Notes: generated by a model not told the origin, from the sequence alone. DNA of 64,000 bases from an uncultured Parasphingorhabdus sp. (GCA_951813595.1 CATOTQ010000003.1:10860-74859), one strand, 5' to 3'. Numbered from the stretch's first letter, positions 35,760 to 45,388 are shown. Program-made: numbers and translations.

Positions 35760-36251
35760 ATGGCCAACGACCAAGTACGCGCTGCAGACCGCTTTGCGAT
35801 TCAGGATGTTTTGCACCAATACGCCCGCGCGACGGACAGCAAAGATCTGAACGCCTATATGGCCTGCTTTCATGAGGATGCGACCTTTCAGATTGAGCCC
35901 GGTCCGCCCGTGCCGGTGAAGGATTTTGCTGGGGGTTTTGAAACCAGCTGGAAGACATATGTTGTGACCGCGCACCACCTGAGCAATCACCTAGTAACTT
36001 TCGATGGAGACAGTGCGGAAAGCGAAATTTATGTTAACGCCTATCACCTGATCGCAGCCGATGCTCCGGCAGATGATCCGCTATTTCCAGGTAAGGGAGA
36101 GGAGTATGCGGTCTGGATCGGCGGTCGCTATTCTGACCACCTGCTTAACGGCGAAGATGGTTGGAAAATCCAGGCTCGACGCCTCGAATTTCTCTGGAGC
36201 ATGCCGGTCGATACCTCGAACCTGCCGTCAATGTTTTTTCCTAACGTCTAG
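35760..36251 (+). CDS. SnoaL_4-type NTF2-fold protein
   Basis: RFAIQDVLHQYARATDSKDLNAYMACFHEDATF. GAAGGAGG RBS before ATG 35760. Confidence 0.7.
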   Translation: MANDQVRAADRFAIQDVLHQYARATDSKDLNAYMACFHEDATFQIEPGPPVPVKDFAGGFETSWKTYVVTAHHLSNHLVTFDGDSAESEIYVNAYHLIAADAPADDPLFPGKGEEYAVWIGGRYSDHLLNGEDGWKIQARRLEFLWSMPVDTSNLPSMFFPNV

Positions 36252-36303
36252 CTGCTTCGTTTTGAGTTTCGTGCCGGGAAAGATGTGGTCGGTTCATTAA
36301 GAA

Positions 36304-37341
36304 TCAGACTTTGATCGAGCGGCTGGGATTTGGAATACAAGGCTCCCAGCCGCCAACGCCTTTTTCACCATCCCATTCGATATCGAGACGCCATTCATAG
36401 TAATGCAGGTCCTGATCGCTGCCATCCGGAAGACCAATTGCCTGATAGTTTGGTGGGAGCAGCGCCAGCGGGACGCCTTGGCCGGTTGTCTGCATGGAAA
36501 TCTCCGCTCGGCCATGCTCGCTTTCTAAAACGAATGTTCCAAGGTCACTATTGGGTTTCGGCGCTGAATATGTCCCCTCAGGCTCCTGTATAAGAGTTGC
36601 CTTCTTGAGCTCTCCATCGACCGTTACGCCGCCAATATTGACCGATTGAAATGATCCATCTTCATTGTGGGTTCCTACGCCAACAGACATGAAGCTGCGT
36701 CCGCTGGGGAATAGGCCCGTGAGCATATAGCCTTTGCCCATTGCTGAAAAAGAACGGCCTCCGGTGGAATGATCGCGCCATCCAGGGACATTATCGAGGT
36801 TGAACGATTTGTTGCCGATCTTGATTATCCCGGAGACGTCGCAAGGCGTGAAATGGGTCCATTTGGCGTTCGAATGGGTGTTGTCATCACTTTTGGGCAT
36901 GAACGACATCGGTGCATAGGTTTGCGAAACTGATTGGAATTTCAAATCCGCCATCAGTGACGTGGATCGTTCATCTATACTGTGTATGGATTGCGTTTTG
37001 AGCTTAGGCGTGTTCGAGACCTGTGCGACCGCATCTATGTTGACCTGAAATGTCTCAAAGGGCACTTCACAAACACCATGGCATTGTTGATAGCCGGGGC
37101 CGGATTTGGAGATTTGCCGACCGAAATTATGCGCCACAAAAACGGTCCCATCATCGCGCATGACCGCAGCATATCCCCTCCACATTTCTACGTCTTCGGG
37201 ATGACGTTGAAAATGCATGTAGAGATAATGCTCTTCGAAATAGGCCCAAATGGCATAGCTTTCAGACCAACCCGGCGTATCGCCGGGGTCTTCATGACAC
37301 ATGTCACTTTCGGGTAAAAATCCGTCAGGTATGAATTGCAT
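36304..37341 (-). CDS. uncharacterised conserved protein, U-family paralog 4
   Basis: GWSESYAIWAYFEEHYLYMHFQRHPE, GWRDHSTGGRS, RLDIEWDGEKGVGGWE. Confidence 0.8.
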   Translation of the reverse strand: MQFIPDGFLPESDMCHEDPGDTPGWSESYAIWAYFEEHYLYMHFQRHPEDVEMWRGYAAVMRDDGTVFVAHNFGRQISKSGPGYQQCHGVCEVPFETFQVNIDAVAQVSNTPKLKTQSIHSIDERSTSLMADLKFQSVSQTYAPMSFMPKSDDNTHSNAKWTHFTPCDVSGIIKIGNKSFNLDNVPGWRDHSTGGRSFSAMGKGYMLTGLFPSGRSFMSVGVGTHNEDGSFQSVNIGGVTVDGELKKATLIQEPEGTYSAPKPNSDLGTFVLESEHGRAEISMQTTGQGVPLALLPPNYQAIGLPDGSDQDLHYYEWRLDIEWDGEKGVGGWEPCIPNPSRSIKV

Positions 37342-37466
37342 TAATCTGCCTCCCAGCCTCTATATCGCGCTATTCAATAATATATCAATTGATAGAATAA
37401 AAAAATGGATCGATTTCATCAACGGTGATTGTCGCTCGCCGTGTCGCAGCAAATAGACTCTTTCTC

Positions 37467-38653
37467 TTCTGCCCAGTTTTCTTTTTGATTGTTGCATGCT
37501 GTCTTAATTCTTGCTTATAATCTATCATCTGGTTAATAAAGTCAATCGGAAAATGAGCGGGCTGGTCGACTCGGTGGAGGTGCGTCTGCTGTATCAGGGA
37601 GTACAATCACAATGTATGTGAGGATGTATCATCGTGCGCATGTCAACGCATCGGTTGAAGAGTGCTGGGGCGTTTTCACTGAGCATGAACGCTTCAAGGA
37701 ATGGACCAGCATTGACTGGAAAATCGACACACCTGGAAAGGAAGAGCGCAACGGATTAGGCTGCGTTCGATATGCCGATAGCTATGCTGGATCGTCGGAA
37801 CCGGCGGTTGAGTTGGTCAATATCTGGCAGCCGCATCGCATCTATGGTTATCACTTTACCAGCGGTATCCCGGTGTTGAGACATCAAGGTGTTGTCCGTT
37901 TTTGGCCGCTTGATAACGGGGGTTGTGAATGGGTATATGATCTACGCATTGAGCCAACGCCGGAAGTATTGGAGGAGGCACCGGAGTTTGTGACCGATTC
38001 TCAGGCAGGTTTCCTATTCTTCATGGCCGATATTGAAGCGGAATGTGAGAGGCGGGCGTTTGACATTGATTTGCCTGCCATGCCGCTGCCGGTCGAGACG
38101 CCGCTTGATATCAGCGCAATGGGAGGAAACTAATCATGGAGTTTCCAAGACGATTTTTCCACCGTGCCAAAGTTAATGTTCCGGTATCAGTGGCATGGGA
38201 TGTATTTACCGACCATGAGCGGATGGGTGAATATACCGACACAGTTTGCCGAATAACGAGACCGGGCGATACCGAACGTAACGGACTTGGTTGTGTCCGG
38301 TTACTGGGCGTACGAGAGAATAACCTGCCCGATGTGGAAGAGGTTGTGAATTTTTGGGAACCCAACAAGCTGTTTGGTTATCATGTGACTTCCGGTGCGC
38401 CTATTAGCCACCATCAGGGGCTCATCATGTTCCATGATCGGGGTCCGCACAAATCAGAATGGGTATATAACATGCGCCTGACGGCATTGCCGGAAATCCT
38501 GGAGGCAACACCGGAATTTTATGACGTGTTTGATGAAGGCTTCAGGCAATTTATGAAAAATGCGGAATGCGAATGCGAACGGCGCGGGGCGGAAGAAGAT
38601 CTATTCAGCCCGCCAGCAATTCCGCCATTGTTGTCTGAGCAAGGTGGGCAGTT
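37467..38653 (+). repeat. segmental duplication copy B (identical to 29980..31166)
   Basis: See copy A. Confidence 0.9.
37612..38133 (+). CDS. SRPBCC-family protein (pair member a, copy B)
   Basis: Identical to 30125..30646. Confidence 0.7.
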   Translation: MYVRMYHRAHVNASVEECWGVFTEHERFKEWTSIDWKIDTPGKEERNGLGCVRYADSYAGSSEPAVELVNIWQPHRIYGYHFTSGIPVLRHQGVVRFWPLDNGGCEWVYDLRIEPTPEVLEEAPEFVTDSQAGFLFFMADIEAECERRAFDIDLPAMPLPVETPLDISAMGGN

Positions 38654-38663
38654 ATCGGCATGA
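38136..38663 (+). CDS. SRPBCC-family protein (pair member b, copy B)
   Basis: Identical to 30649..31176 except for the C-terminal 2 residues. Confidence 0.7.
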   Translation: MEFPRRFFHRAKVNVPVSVAWDVFTDHERMGEYTDTVCRITRPGDTERNGLGCVRLLGVRENNLPDVEEVVNFWEPNKLFGYHVTSGAPISHHQGLIMFHDRGPHKSEWVYNMRLTALPEILEATPEFYDVFDEGFRQFMKNAECECERRGAEEDLFSPPAIPPLLSEQGGQLSA

Positions 38664-38673
38664 ATTTGCATAA

Positions 38674-39996
38674 ATGGAGAGTGAAATGACGGTTTTGGAA
38701 GAAACAGGAACCGGCGATGGAGAGCAATCCTCTGGTATAATTGCCGATGGCATGTTTTCCCATCCGGACCACACCGCCGAAATTGACGCGCGTAGCGATC
38801 CGGTGACTGAGATTGCTGACACTGTGTTTCCTCTGGGGCCAGTGATTAAAGGTCGCGGTCTTGAAAACGGGACTTTTGTGGAATTTGTCGGCCTCAGATT
38901 TCCCAACATTCTAGCGCCTAGCCAAATGTGCGCGGGTGATGTGTATATGGCGGTGTCTTTCGAGGCCCAGCAAATCCTGTTTCGGGATACTGAAAAGTTT
39001 TCATCGAAACTGTTTGAGGAATCGGTCAAGGCCTTTTGGGGGCCGGCACTGACCCCAATGAATCCGCCGGAACATACAACATATCGGGCGGTCATGCAGC
39101 AGGCATTTATGCCGAAGCTGATGAAGATATATGAGGAAACAATTGTCCAACCCGTGCTGAAAAGGCGGTTTGACGAATTGAAGCCCCGTGGGCGTGCAGA
39201 CCTTGCTCGCGAGCTGAACGCCTTTTACCCCTATGAGATTGTCGGAACAATTGTCGGCTACGAGACGGGCGACGTTGAATTTATCGCCAGCCTTTTTGCC
39301 ACGATCTTTCAGGCTAATACCGACCCGATGGCTGCTGTTAACGCCGGGACGGAACTGCGGAAATATACGCAGCAATTGGTCGAAAAACGTCGCAAGGAAC
39401 CGCGCGAGGATGTGGTTTCGGCTATCATCAATGAGGAAGTCGACGGAGAGCCGATTCCTGACGAACGTCTGGTCGGGATGATCAACCATTTGATGGCTGG
39501 CGGAGTCGACACCACCTACCGCCAGACGAGCAACACCGTGCATTGCCTGTTGTCGCATCCGGATCAGCTGGAAAAATTGCGTGCTGACCACAGTCTCATC
39601 CCTAGTGCAGTGAATGAGGCTTTGCGTTTTGAAGGGATAGGCGGCATTCTTCCGCGGATGGCTGCAAAGGATACTGATCTGTGCGGAACACAGATTCCTA
39701 AAGGCGCTGTGGTCTTTGGTATGCAGGGAGTAGGCAATCGTGATCCGAAGCGCTGGGATAATCCCCACACCTTCGATATCGAACGCAAGCCGAAACCGCA
39801 TCTGCAGTTTATTTTCGGCCCCCACGCCTGTCTCGGGCAACATCTCGCTCGGTTGATGATCTCCCGCTATCTGGAGCATCTGCTTAATGACTTGTCGGGC
39901 CTGCGCTGGGACCCGGAGGCGGATATCCCGCCCTCAATAACCGGATGGTCGCAGCGCGCAGCCTTATCTTTGCCGGTTGTTTGGGATGCACCTTAA
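38674..39996 (+). CDS. cytochrome P450 (family B, 440 aa)
   Basis: LMAGGVDTTYR, NEALRF, FIFGPHACLGQHLARL. Confidence 0.9.
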   Translation: MESEMTVLEETGTGDGEQSSGIIADGMFSHPDHTAEIDARSDPVTEIADTVFPLGPVIKGRGLENGTFVEFVGLRFPNILAPSQMCAGDVYMAVSFEAQQILFRDTEKFSSKLFEESVKAFWGPALTPMNPPEHTTYRAVMQQAFMPKLMKIYEETIVQPVLKRRFDELKPRGRADLARELNAFYPYEIVGTIVGYETGDVEFIASLFATIFQANTDPMAAVNAGTELRKYTQQLVEKRRKEPREDVVSAIINEEVDGEPIPDERLVGMINHLMAGGVDTTYRQTSNTVHCLLSHPDQLEKLRADHSLIPSAVNEALRFEGIGGILPRMAAKDTDLCGTQIPKGAVVFGMQGVGNRDPKRWDNPHTFDIERKPKPHLQFIFGPHACLGQHLARLMISRYLEHLLNDLSGLRWDPEADIPPSITGWSQRAALSLPVVWDAP

Positions 39997-40067
39997 GTGA
40001 TCAGCAGATTGGCCCAGTGCAGAGAAGAGTTCATCAAGATTGGGGTGCAAGCCATGTCGGCGTCTGA

Positions 40068-40901
40068 TCACTGATCTGTGATGACTGGGATTTCTGAATT
40101 CCAGCTATCAAAATTGCCATCGATCCCCTCTGCAAATCCCTCCCGCAGAAATGCATCAGCTGCTCGGCTTATTGCTGCATTTGGCGCGACGGATTCAAAG
40201 CCGTGAAAGGCCCCCGGATAGTAGGCAAATTTCACAGGTACTCCTGCAGCTTTCAGCTGGCGGACATATTCCAATGTCTCGTCGCAAAAAGGCTCTAGAC
40301 CGCCTACAAATGTCAAAGTGGGTGGAAGGCCCGAGTAGTCTGTGGCTCTTGAAGGTGCCGCGTCATGCGGAATTGCACAGCCTTCTTTGTAAAGGTCGGC
40401 AAGATAAAGGTCCCATGCCAGCCGGTTCGACCTTGAATTCCAGAAAGCCGCTGTGTTGCCAATAGACGAAGGCGTTTGCATGCGATCATCGATCATCGGA
40501 TAGATAGGCATCTGAAATGCAATTTTTAGTCCATCTTCGGCCATCCGATCTCTGGCTCTCAAGCTTAGGGCGGCGGTTAAGCCGCCACCTCCGCTATGCC
40601 CACCAACAATCATTTCTTTGTTGGAAGCACCAAGCTTCTCGAGATTGTCTCGCAGCCAGAGGGCTGCGGTGTAGCAATCGTCTATCGCAGCGGGATATGG
40701 TTCAACCATCGATCTGCGATAAGCTGGAGCGACGACGATACACCGACGGGCCTTGAAGAACGGCCTGATGGGCATGACCGTAGTTTCTGGAACGCCCATC
40801 GCATATCCGCCTCCGTGGAGATGGCGCATCGCCATCTTACCCAAAAAGCTCGCAAGGCGAAGCTCTTTGTCGATCTTGGGTGGTGTACTCGCCATTCTCA
40901 T
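40068..40901 (-). CDS. HSL-type carboxylesterase lacking ~45 N-terminal-region residues
   Basis: HGGGYAMG at residue ~29, GHSGGGGL, C-terminal HGFE. Compared with 11877..12848, the segment between ..LGKM and HGGGY is absent. Confidence 0.7.
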   Translation of the reverse strand: MRMASTPPKIDKELRLASFLGKMAMRHLHGGGYAMGVPETTVMPIRPFFKARRCIVVAPAYRRSMVEPYPAAIDDCYTAALWLRDNLEKLGASNKEMIVGGHSGGGGLTAALSLRARDRMAEDGLKIAFQMPIYPMIDDRMQTPSSIGNTAAFWNSRSNRLAWDLYLADLYKEGCAIPHDAAPSRATDYSGLPPTLTFVGGLEPFCDETLEYVRQLKAAGVPVKFAYYPGAFHGFESVAPNAAISRAADAFLREGFAEGIDGNFDSWNSEIPVITDQ

Positions 40902-40913
40902 TCTCGCTTCGTA

Positions 40914-41702
40914 TCAGTCGATAGACATGCCGCCATCGACCATCATATTGTGGCCGACCATGTAACTGGCATCGTCCGACGCTAGGAACAGTATCGCTCC
41001 CGCCAATTCGTCGGGATCGGCGGTGCGTTTGATCGGGACGACGTCTCCAGATGCTTTGACCACCTGTTCAGCAAACTCAGGATTGTCCTTGAATTGATCG
41101 GTCATCATGGGAGTTAGTGTAGAGCCCGGCCCCACTGCATTAACGCGTATCCCCAAGGGAGCATATTCAATGCCCGCCGCCTTGGTCAGGCCAACGACCC
41201 CATGCTTAGAGGCACAATAAAATGCTGCGCCATGCGGTGCGCTAACTCCCGCGAAAGACGTGGTGTTGATTATCGCACCGCTGCCTTTTTCCATCATAGC
41301 CGCGATCTGATATTTCATACATAGCCACACGCCTTGTAGGTTGACCGACATGACCTTTTGAAACTCGGAATGATCCAGCTCATGCAAAAGCGCTACCCTC
41401 TGGAAAATTCCGGCATTGTTTACACCAACGTCGAGCCCGTCAAATTCTTTGACGGTGGTCGCCACCATGTCCTTCACCTGCGCCTCATCGCTCACATCCA
41501 CATTCATCACGATAGCCGTGCCGCCTTCCGACGTAATCATCTCCAGCGTTTCGGTATTTTCGGGTTCCTTGAGATCGGCGAGCGTTATTTTCGCCCCTTC
41601 CTTGGCAAAACGAAGCGCCGTCGCCCGGCCGATCCCGCCGCTGGAGCCGGTGACGATGACGGATTTTCCTTCAAATCTGGACATTGATTTTCCTTTGGAC
41701 AT
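40914..41702 (-). CDS. SDR oxidoreductase
   Basis: VTGSSGGIGRA, NNAG, YCASKHGV. Confidence 0.9.
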   Translation of the reverse strand: MSKGKSMSRFEGKSVIVTGSSGGIGRATALRFAKEGAKITLADLKEPENTETLEMITSEGGTAIVMNVDVSDEAQVKDMVATTVKEFDGLDVGVNNAGIFQRVALLHELDHSEFQKVMSVNLQGVWLCMKYQIAAMMEKGSGAIINTTSFAGVSAPHGAAFYCASKHGVVGLTKAAGIEYAPLGIRVNAVGPGSTLTPMMTDQFKDNPEFAEQVVKASGDVVPIKRTADPDELAGAILFLASDDASYMVGHNMMVDGGMSID

Positions 41703-41723
41703 TTGTGTGCGGTTGAAACAGGG

Positions 41724-43862
41724 TTATGCTTTTGCAATTTCGACCGGAAGCGCCGTCATTGTTGGCATGTAATTGATCGGCTCAAGCTGTTCAGTCAGCG
41801 AGAATAGCGCTGCTATATTCGAACCTGATTGGCTCTCCGGATCATCGGCAGGATCCAGTTTCCCCCAGCAATGTGTCATGGAAACCACGCCGGGTTTCAA
41901 TCCGTCATCGCTTTGCGAATATCCGGTGATCGATCCGTAGACGGAGCTGATTTTGACCTTTTGTCCATCGACCAATCCTTCCGCAGCCATGTCACCCGGA
42001 TTCATAAAGGCTGGATTGACCCGAAAGCGCTCCAGGGTTTTGGAAGCCTGACTAAAGGCGCTGTTCATCGATTCCATCATCCGCCGCACGGTGATGCGGT
42101 ATTTACCGTCAAATTTCGGCTTTGCGAAAACGGTGTCCAATTCGGCAGCAACATCGGGCGCTAGAATTTCCAGTTTCGGACAATCGGAATCCGCTGGCTG
42201 AATGGTTGCGGTCATATCTTCAAACAATATGCCCTGCGGCGCCGCTATCAGATCGTCATAATTTGCCGCGTTTTGCGAACACATCCAGCGGACCAAATCC
42301 TGTGAGCTTGGCTTCTCGTTCATATCCAGTTCGAGAACCGGACCGGGCGTTTGTTCATGGGTCGCCCCGAACAGGTTCATCTTCATTTCAAACTGCTTGC
42401 CCATGCGCTTGGTCAATCCGTAGAAGAATTCCCAATCGTCCACGACGTCACCGGGGCGATCAACCACTGGTTCAACGGCATTCGCATAGGTGAATGCAAG
42501 AAAGCTGTCATACATGCCGGTGAAATCATGCCGTTCATAGGGCAGGCTGGTGCCAATTACATAGTCGGAGGCTTCGCAAGTTTCCGACATGCGCGGGTCG
42601 ATGGTGACCAATAAGTCCAGTTCTTCAAATGCGGCCGTCGTGAATTCAACATCCGGGATGGCTTTAATCGGGTTGCCGCCAATACAAATCAGCGCCCGAA
42701 TTTTCTGATCACCGTCATTTACGATTTCATGGGGCAGAAGCGGGGTTGGATATTCACCGAACATTTGACCCGTGGGCGCGCTTTTGCATTGGGGCGTGGT
42801 TTCCCACATACGATTGGGCGGCATGACCATTTCCTGAGCGATGGCAGTTCCGCGCAGCACCTGTAAATTGGTCAATTCATCTCCTGCTCTGCGATAGCCG
42901 CCGCAAATTGCATTCATCGCCTCGATCATATGCTCGGCTACGTTGCTGTTCGGGCACATGTTCGGGCCGGTACTTGTATGGGCCGATTTCTTTTCCGCTT
43001 TGGCGAATGTTTCCGCCACAAGCATCAGTTGCTCTTCATTCACACCGGCCCTTTTTGCCACGACGTCCGGCGTAAATTTGGCAACCGCCGCACGCAGCTC
43101 GTCCAAACCAGTAATAAACTGATCGCAAAAATTCTGGTCATGCCAGCCATTTTTAAGAATGATGTTGATCAACCCAGCGAAGAAAAACGCGTCTTCGCCC
43201 GGATCAATTGCGACGTGGATATCGGCACGTTTGGCCGTTTCGGTCCGCCGTGGATCGACGACGATCAGCTTTGCACCGTCCTTAAGCCCTTTTTTCAGCC
43301 AGGCTTTTGGGTTGGTCATCGGCGTTCCAGTACCCGAATGCGATACCAGCGGATTATTGCCAATGATCATGATGACATCGCCGTCCAGGACATTGTATTT
43401 TCCGGTTAGAAAAGCGCCCATCCTCCCCACGGTGATCCACTTGGCCGACTGATCAATACTCATGCTGGAGAAAACAAACGGAGAGCCAAGGGCATCGACC
43501 CAGCCCTTCATGGCTGAATGGCCCAGTGCATTATTGTTCACGCCGGTACCATAATAGGTGGCGACGGAATCGACACCATGCTCGTCAATAATCGCAGACA
43601 GTTTCTGCCAGATTTCGTCCAGTGCCTGTTCGAATTCAATTTTTGCGAAACTGCCATCGGGGCGTTTGACCAAATGTCCGGTCAGCCGATCTTCGCCATT
43701 TTGCCAATCTCCGCTCGATTGACCTTTGATGCATATATAGCCGTCTGTGAGAGGATGCTCCCGGTCACCGCGGATCGTTTTGATACGATTGTCCTCAACC
43801 TCCATCTTCAATCCACAAATCGAAGGGCAATTCCGGCAATAGGTTTGAACGACTTTACTCAT
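41724..43862 (-). CDS. molybdopterin (bis-MGD) oxidoreductase, cytoplasmic, paralog 2
   Basis: MSKVVQTYCRNCPSICGL...GYICIK 4Fe-4S motif. Collinear with 22940..25117. GAGGAGAG RBS before the ATG at 43862 (the ORF track gives 43913). Confidence 0.8.
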   Translation of the reverse strand: MSKVVQTYCRNCPSICGLKMEVEDNRIKTIRGDREHPLTDGYICIKGQSSGDWQNGEDRLTGHLVKRPDGSFAKIEFEQALDEIWQKLSAIIDEHGVDSVATYYGTGVNNNALGHSAMKGWVDALGSPFVFSSMSIDQSAKWITVGRMGAFLTGKYNVLDGDVIMIIGNNPLVSHSGTGTPMTNPKAWLKKGLKDGAKLIVVDPRRTETAKRADIHVAIDPGEDAFFFAGLINIILKNGWHDQNFCDQFITGLDELRAAVAKFTPDVVAKRAGVNEEQLMLVAETFAKAEKKSAHTSTGPNMCPNSNVAEHMIEAMNAICGGYRRAGDELTNLQVLRGTAIAQEMVMPPNRMWETTPQCKSAPTGQMFGEYPTPLLPHEIVNDGDQKIRALICIGGNPIKAIPDVEFTTAAFEELDLLVTIDPRMSETCEASDYVIGTSLPYERHDFTGMYDSFLAFTYANAVEPVVDRPGDVVDDWEFFYGLTKRMGKQFEMKMNLFGATHEQTPGPVLELDMNEKPSSQDLVRWMCSQNAANYDDLIAAPQGILFEDMTATIQPADSDCPKLEILAPDVAAELDTVFAKPKFDGKYRITVRRMMESMNSAFSQASKTLERFRVNPAFMNPGDMAAEGLVDGQKVKISSVYGSITGYSQSDDGLKPGVVSMTHCWGKLDPADDPESQSGSNIAALFSLTEQLEPINYMPTMTALPVEIAKA

Positions 43863-43971
43863 GAATCTCTCCTCAGACTTGTATATATTGACTGACCGAT
43901 AGATTACTGTCAAGTTAAGGCTAAAGCTATCTGTTGGACTTTAAAGTTTAGATATACGAGGATTCGAAATA

Positions 43972-45339
43972 ATGGGTTTTGACACCGCTCGCTTTTCCAA
44001 TCTGGATCCTGAATGCCTGTCGCCGGAGATAACTGGGTTGGACGAGGGCTTTGATGAGGTCATCGCTAACATACCCGACGCGATCGTGCGGGCTGGCGAT
44101 GATTATGTCATGGCCCCGGATTTCTCAGCCGATCCGCTAACACCGCTGCTCGCCTTGCGTGATGAGCAGGGCTATCTTCTACAGGGCGAAGGCGGCAAAT
44201 ATGGCCAACTGGATTTGGTGAACACATTCGGTCTTGATCAGGCCTCGGTTCCGCATTTCATTGTGATGGGATGCGAAGAAGGCGACGAGATCCTCAAGCA
44301 GGACCAGGATTTTCGCAACGCAGGGGCCTATGGTTTGCAGGGTGCTGCACAAGGCGTGGCACATGGCGAGAAAAAGGGAACAATCCCCGCCATGGAGGAT
44401 GATGAACCGCATGATGAGCTGCGCGCACTGTATGACACGATCCTCAATCACAAGACGATGGGGGAACGATCTGTCCGGCTCATCCGTCCGATCTGTATCT
44501 GGCTGATCGAGCGTCTGGTCAGCCGGTTGGAGCAGGGCAAAGAGGTGTGCCTGTGCCGCGATGTGGCCATCCCGCTCACATACAAGGCGATGACAACATT
44601 GCTGGGCGTCGGAACCAGCCAGTTGCCCGAATTTCTGGAAATGGGGGAAAAGCTGTTCTCTGCTGGCATTGACCCGGAAGGCGGAGCACGAAGCGCGGAT
44701 CGGCTTTATGATTTCTGGATGGCCGAGGTGGAGAAACATCACTTCGATCCGAAAAAGGACCTGATCACCTATCTGATCAACGCTGAGCGTGACGGCGAAC
44801 GTGCTTTAAGCGATGAAGAAGTGGCGGTTGCGGCACGCTTCATATTGGTGGGCGGGATTGATACGACATGGCGGGGATTGTCGCTGATGCTGCTCTCTGT
44901 GCTTTCCCATCCTGATCAATATCGAGATGTTTGTGCAGATCCCCAAAAGCTGGCGCGCAAAGCGGTCGAAGAAGCGCTCCGCTATTCGCCTTCGGGCTTT
45001 GTCCTGCCGCGTCTTGCAGGACGAGATATGGAAGTTTCCGGGATACATATTCCGGCTGGCGCACACTTGACCATGTTGCAAGGCGTGATGAACCGGGATT
45101 CGCGGCGTTGGGATAATCCGGACAGTTTTGATATCCATCGGAAATTCAAACCCAACCGGACCTTTGGACTTGGCACGCATGCCTGCGCCGGACAGCATCT
45201 CGCACGGCTGGAAATGGTGACTGTGTTGCAGCTATTTTGCGAACATTTGCCAGATATCAAACTGGCCGTTGCACCGGAAGAGGTTGATGTGCGCGGTTTT
45301 GGGATAAGGGCACCATTGCGGTTACCGGTCACTATGTGA
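43972..45339 (+). CDS. cytochrome P450 (family B, 455 aa)
   Basis: ILVGGIDTTWR, EEALRY, FGLGTHACAGQHLARLE. Confidence 0.9.
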   Translation: MGFDTARFSNLDPECLSPEITGLDEGFDEVIANIPDAIVRAGDDYVMAPDFSADPLTPLLALRDEQGYLLQGEGGKYGQLDLVNTFGLDQASVPHFIVMGCEEGDEILKQDQDFRNAGAYGLQGAAQGVAHGEKKGTIPAMEDDEPHDELRALYDTILNHKTMGERSVRLIRPICIWLIERLVSRLEQGKEVCLCRDVAIPLTYKAMTTLLGVGTSQLPEFLEMGEKLFSAGIDPEGGARSADRLYDFWMAEVEKHHFDPKKDLITYLINAERDGERALSDEEVAVAARFILVGGIDTTWRGLSLMLLSVLSHPDQYRDVCADPQKLARKAVEEALRYSPSGFVLPRLAGRDMEVSGIHIPAGAHLTMLQGVMNRDSRRWDNPDSFDIHRKFKPNRTFGLGTHACAGQHLARLEMVTVLQLFCEHLPDIKLAVAPEEVDVRGFGIRAPLRLPVTM

Positions 45340-45388
45340 ACAAGGCTGTAATTTCGCCAGATAGCTATTGCAAAAAAGGGATTCAAAT

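Noticed and set aside
37385-37606. 73-aa ORF on the minus strand spanning the left edge of repeat copy B
   Set aside because: It lies in the AT-rich promoter region, partly inside the duplicated promoter segment. It has no RBS and no counterpart at copy A.
39001-39879. 292-aa ORF on the minus strand
   Set aside because: It lies entirely antisense within the well-supported P450 gene 38674..39996 and has no motifs. It is a typical shadow ORF. The same reasoning applies to 33016..33828 (-), 59532..60335 (-), 47461..48159 (-), 9749..10369 (-), 27165..27773 (+), 19926..20516 (-), 20916..21455 (-), 44179..44742 (-) and 54266..54856 (-).
39997-40072. Inverted repeat AGTGATCAG ... CTGATCACT between the convergent P450 and esterase genes, considered as a bidirectional terminator
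   Set aside because: The arms are separated by a loop of about 58 nt and there is no U-tract. It is not a convincing intrinsic terminator.
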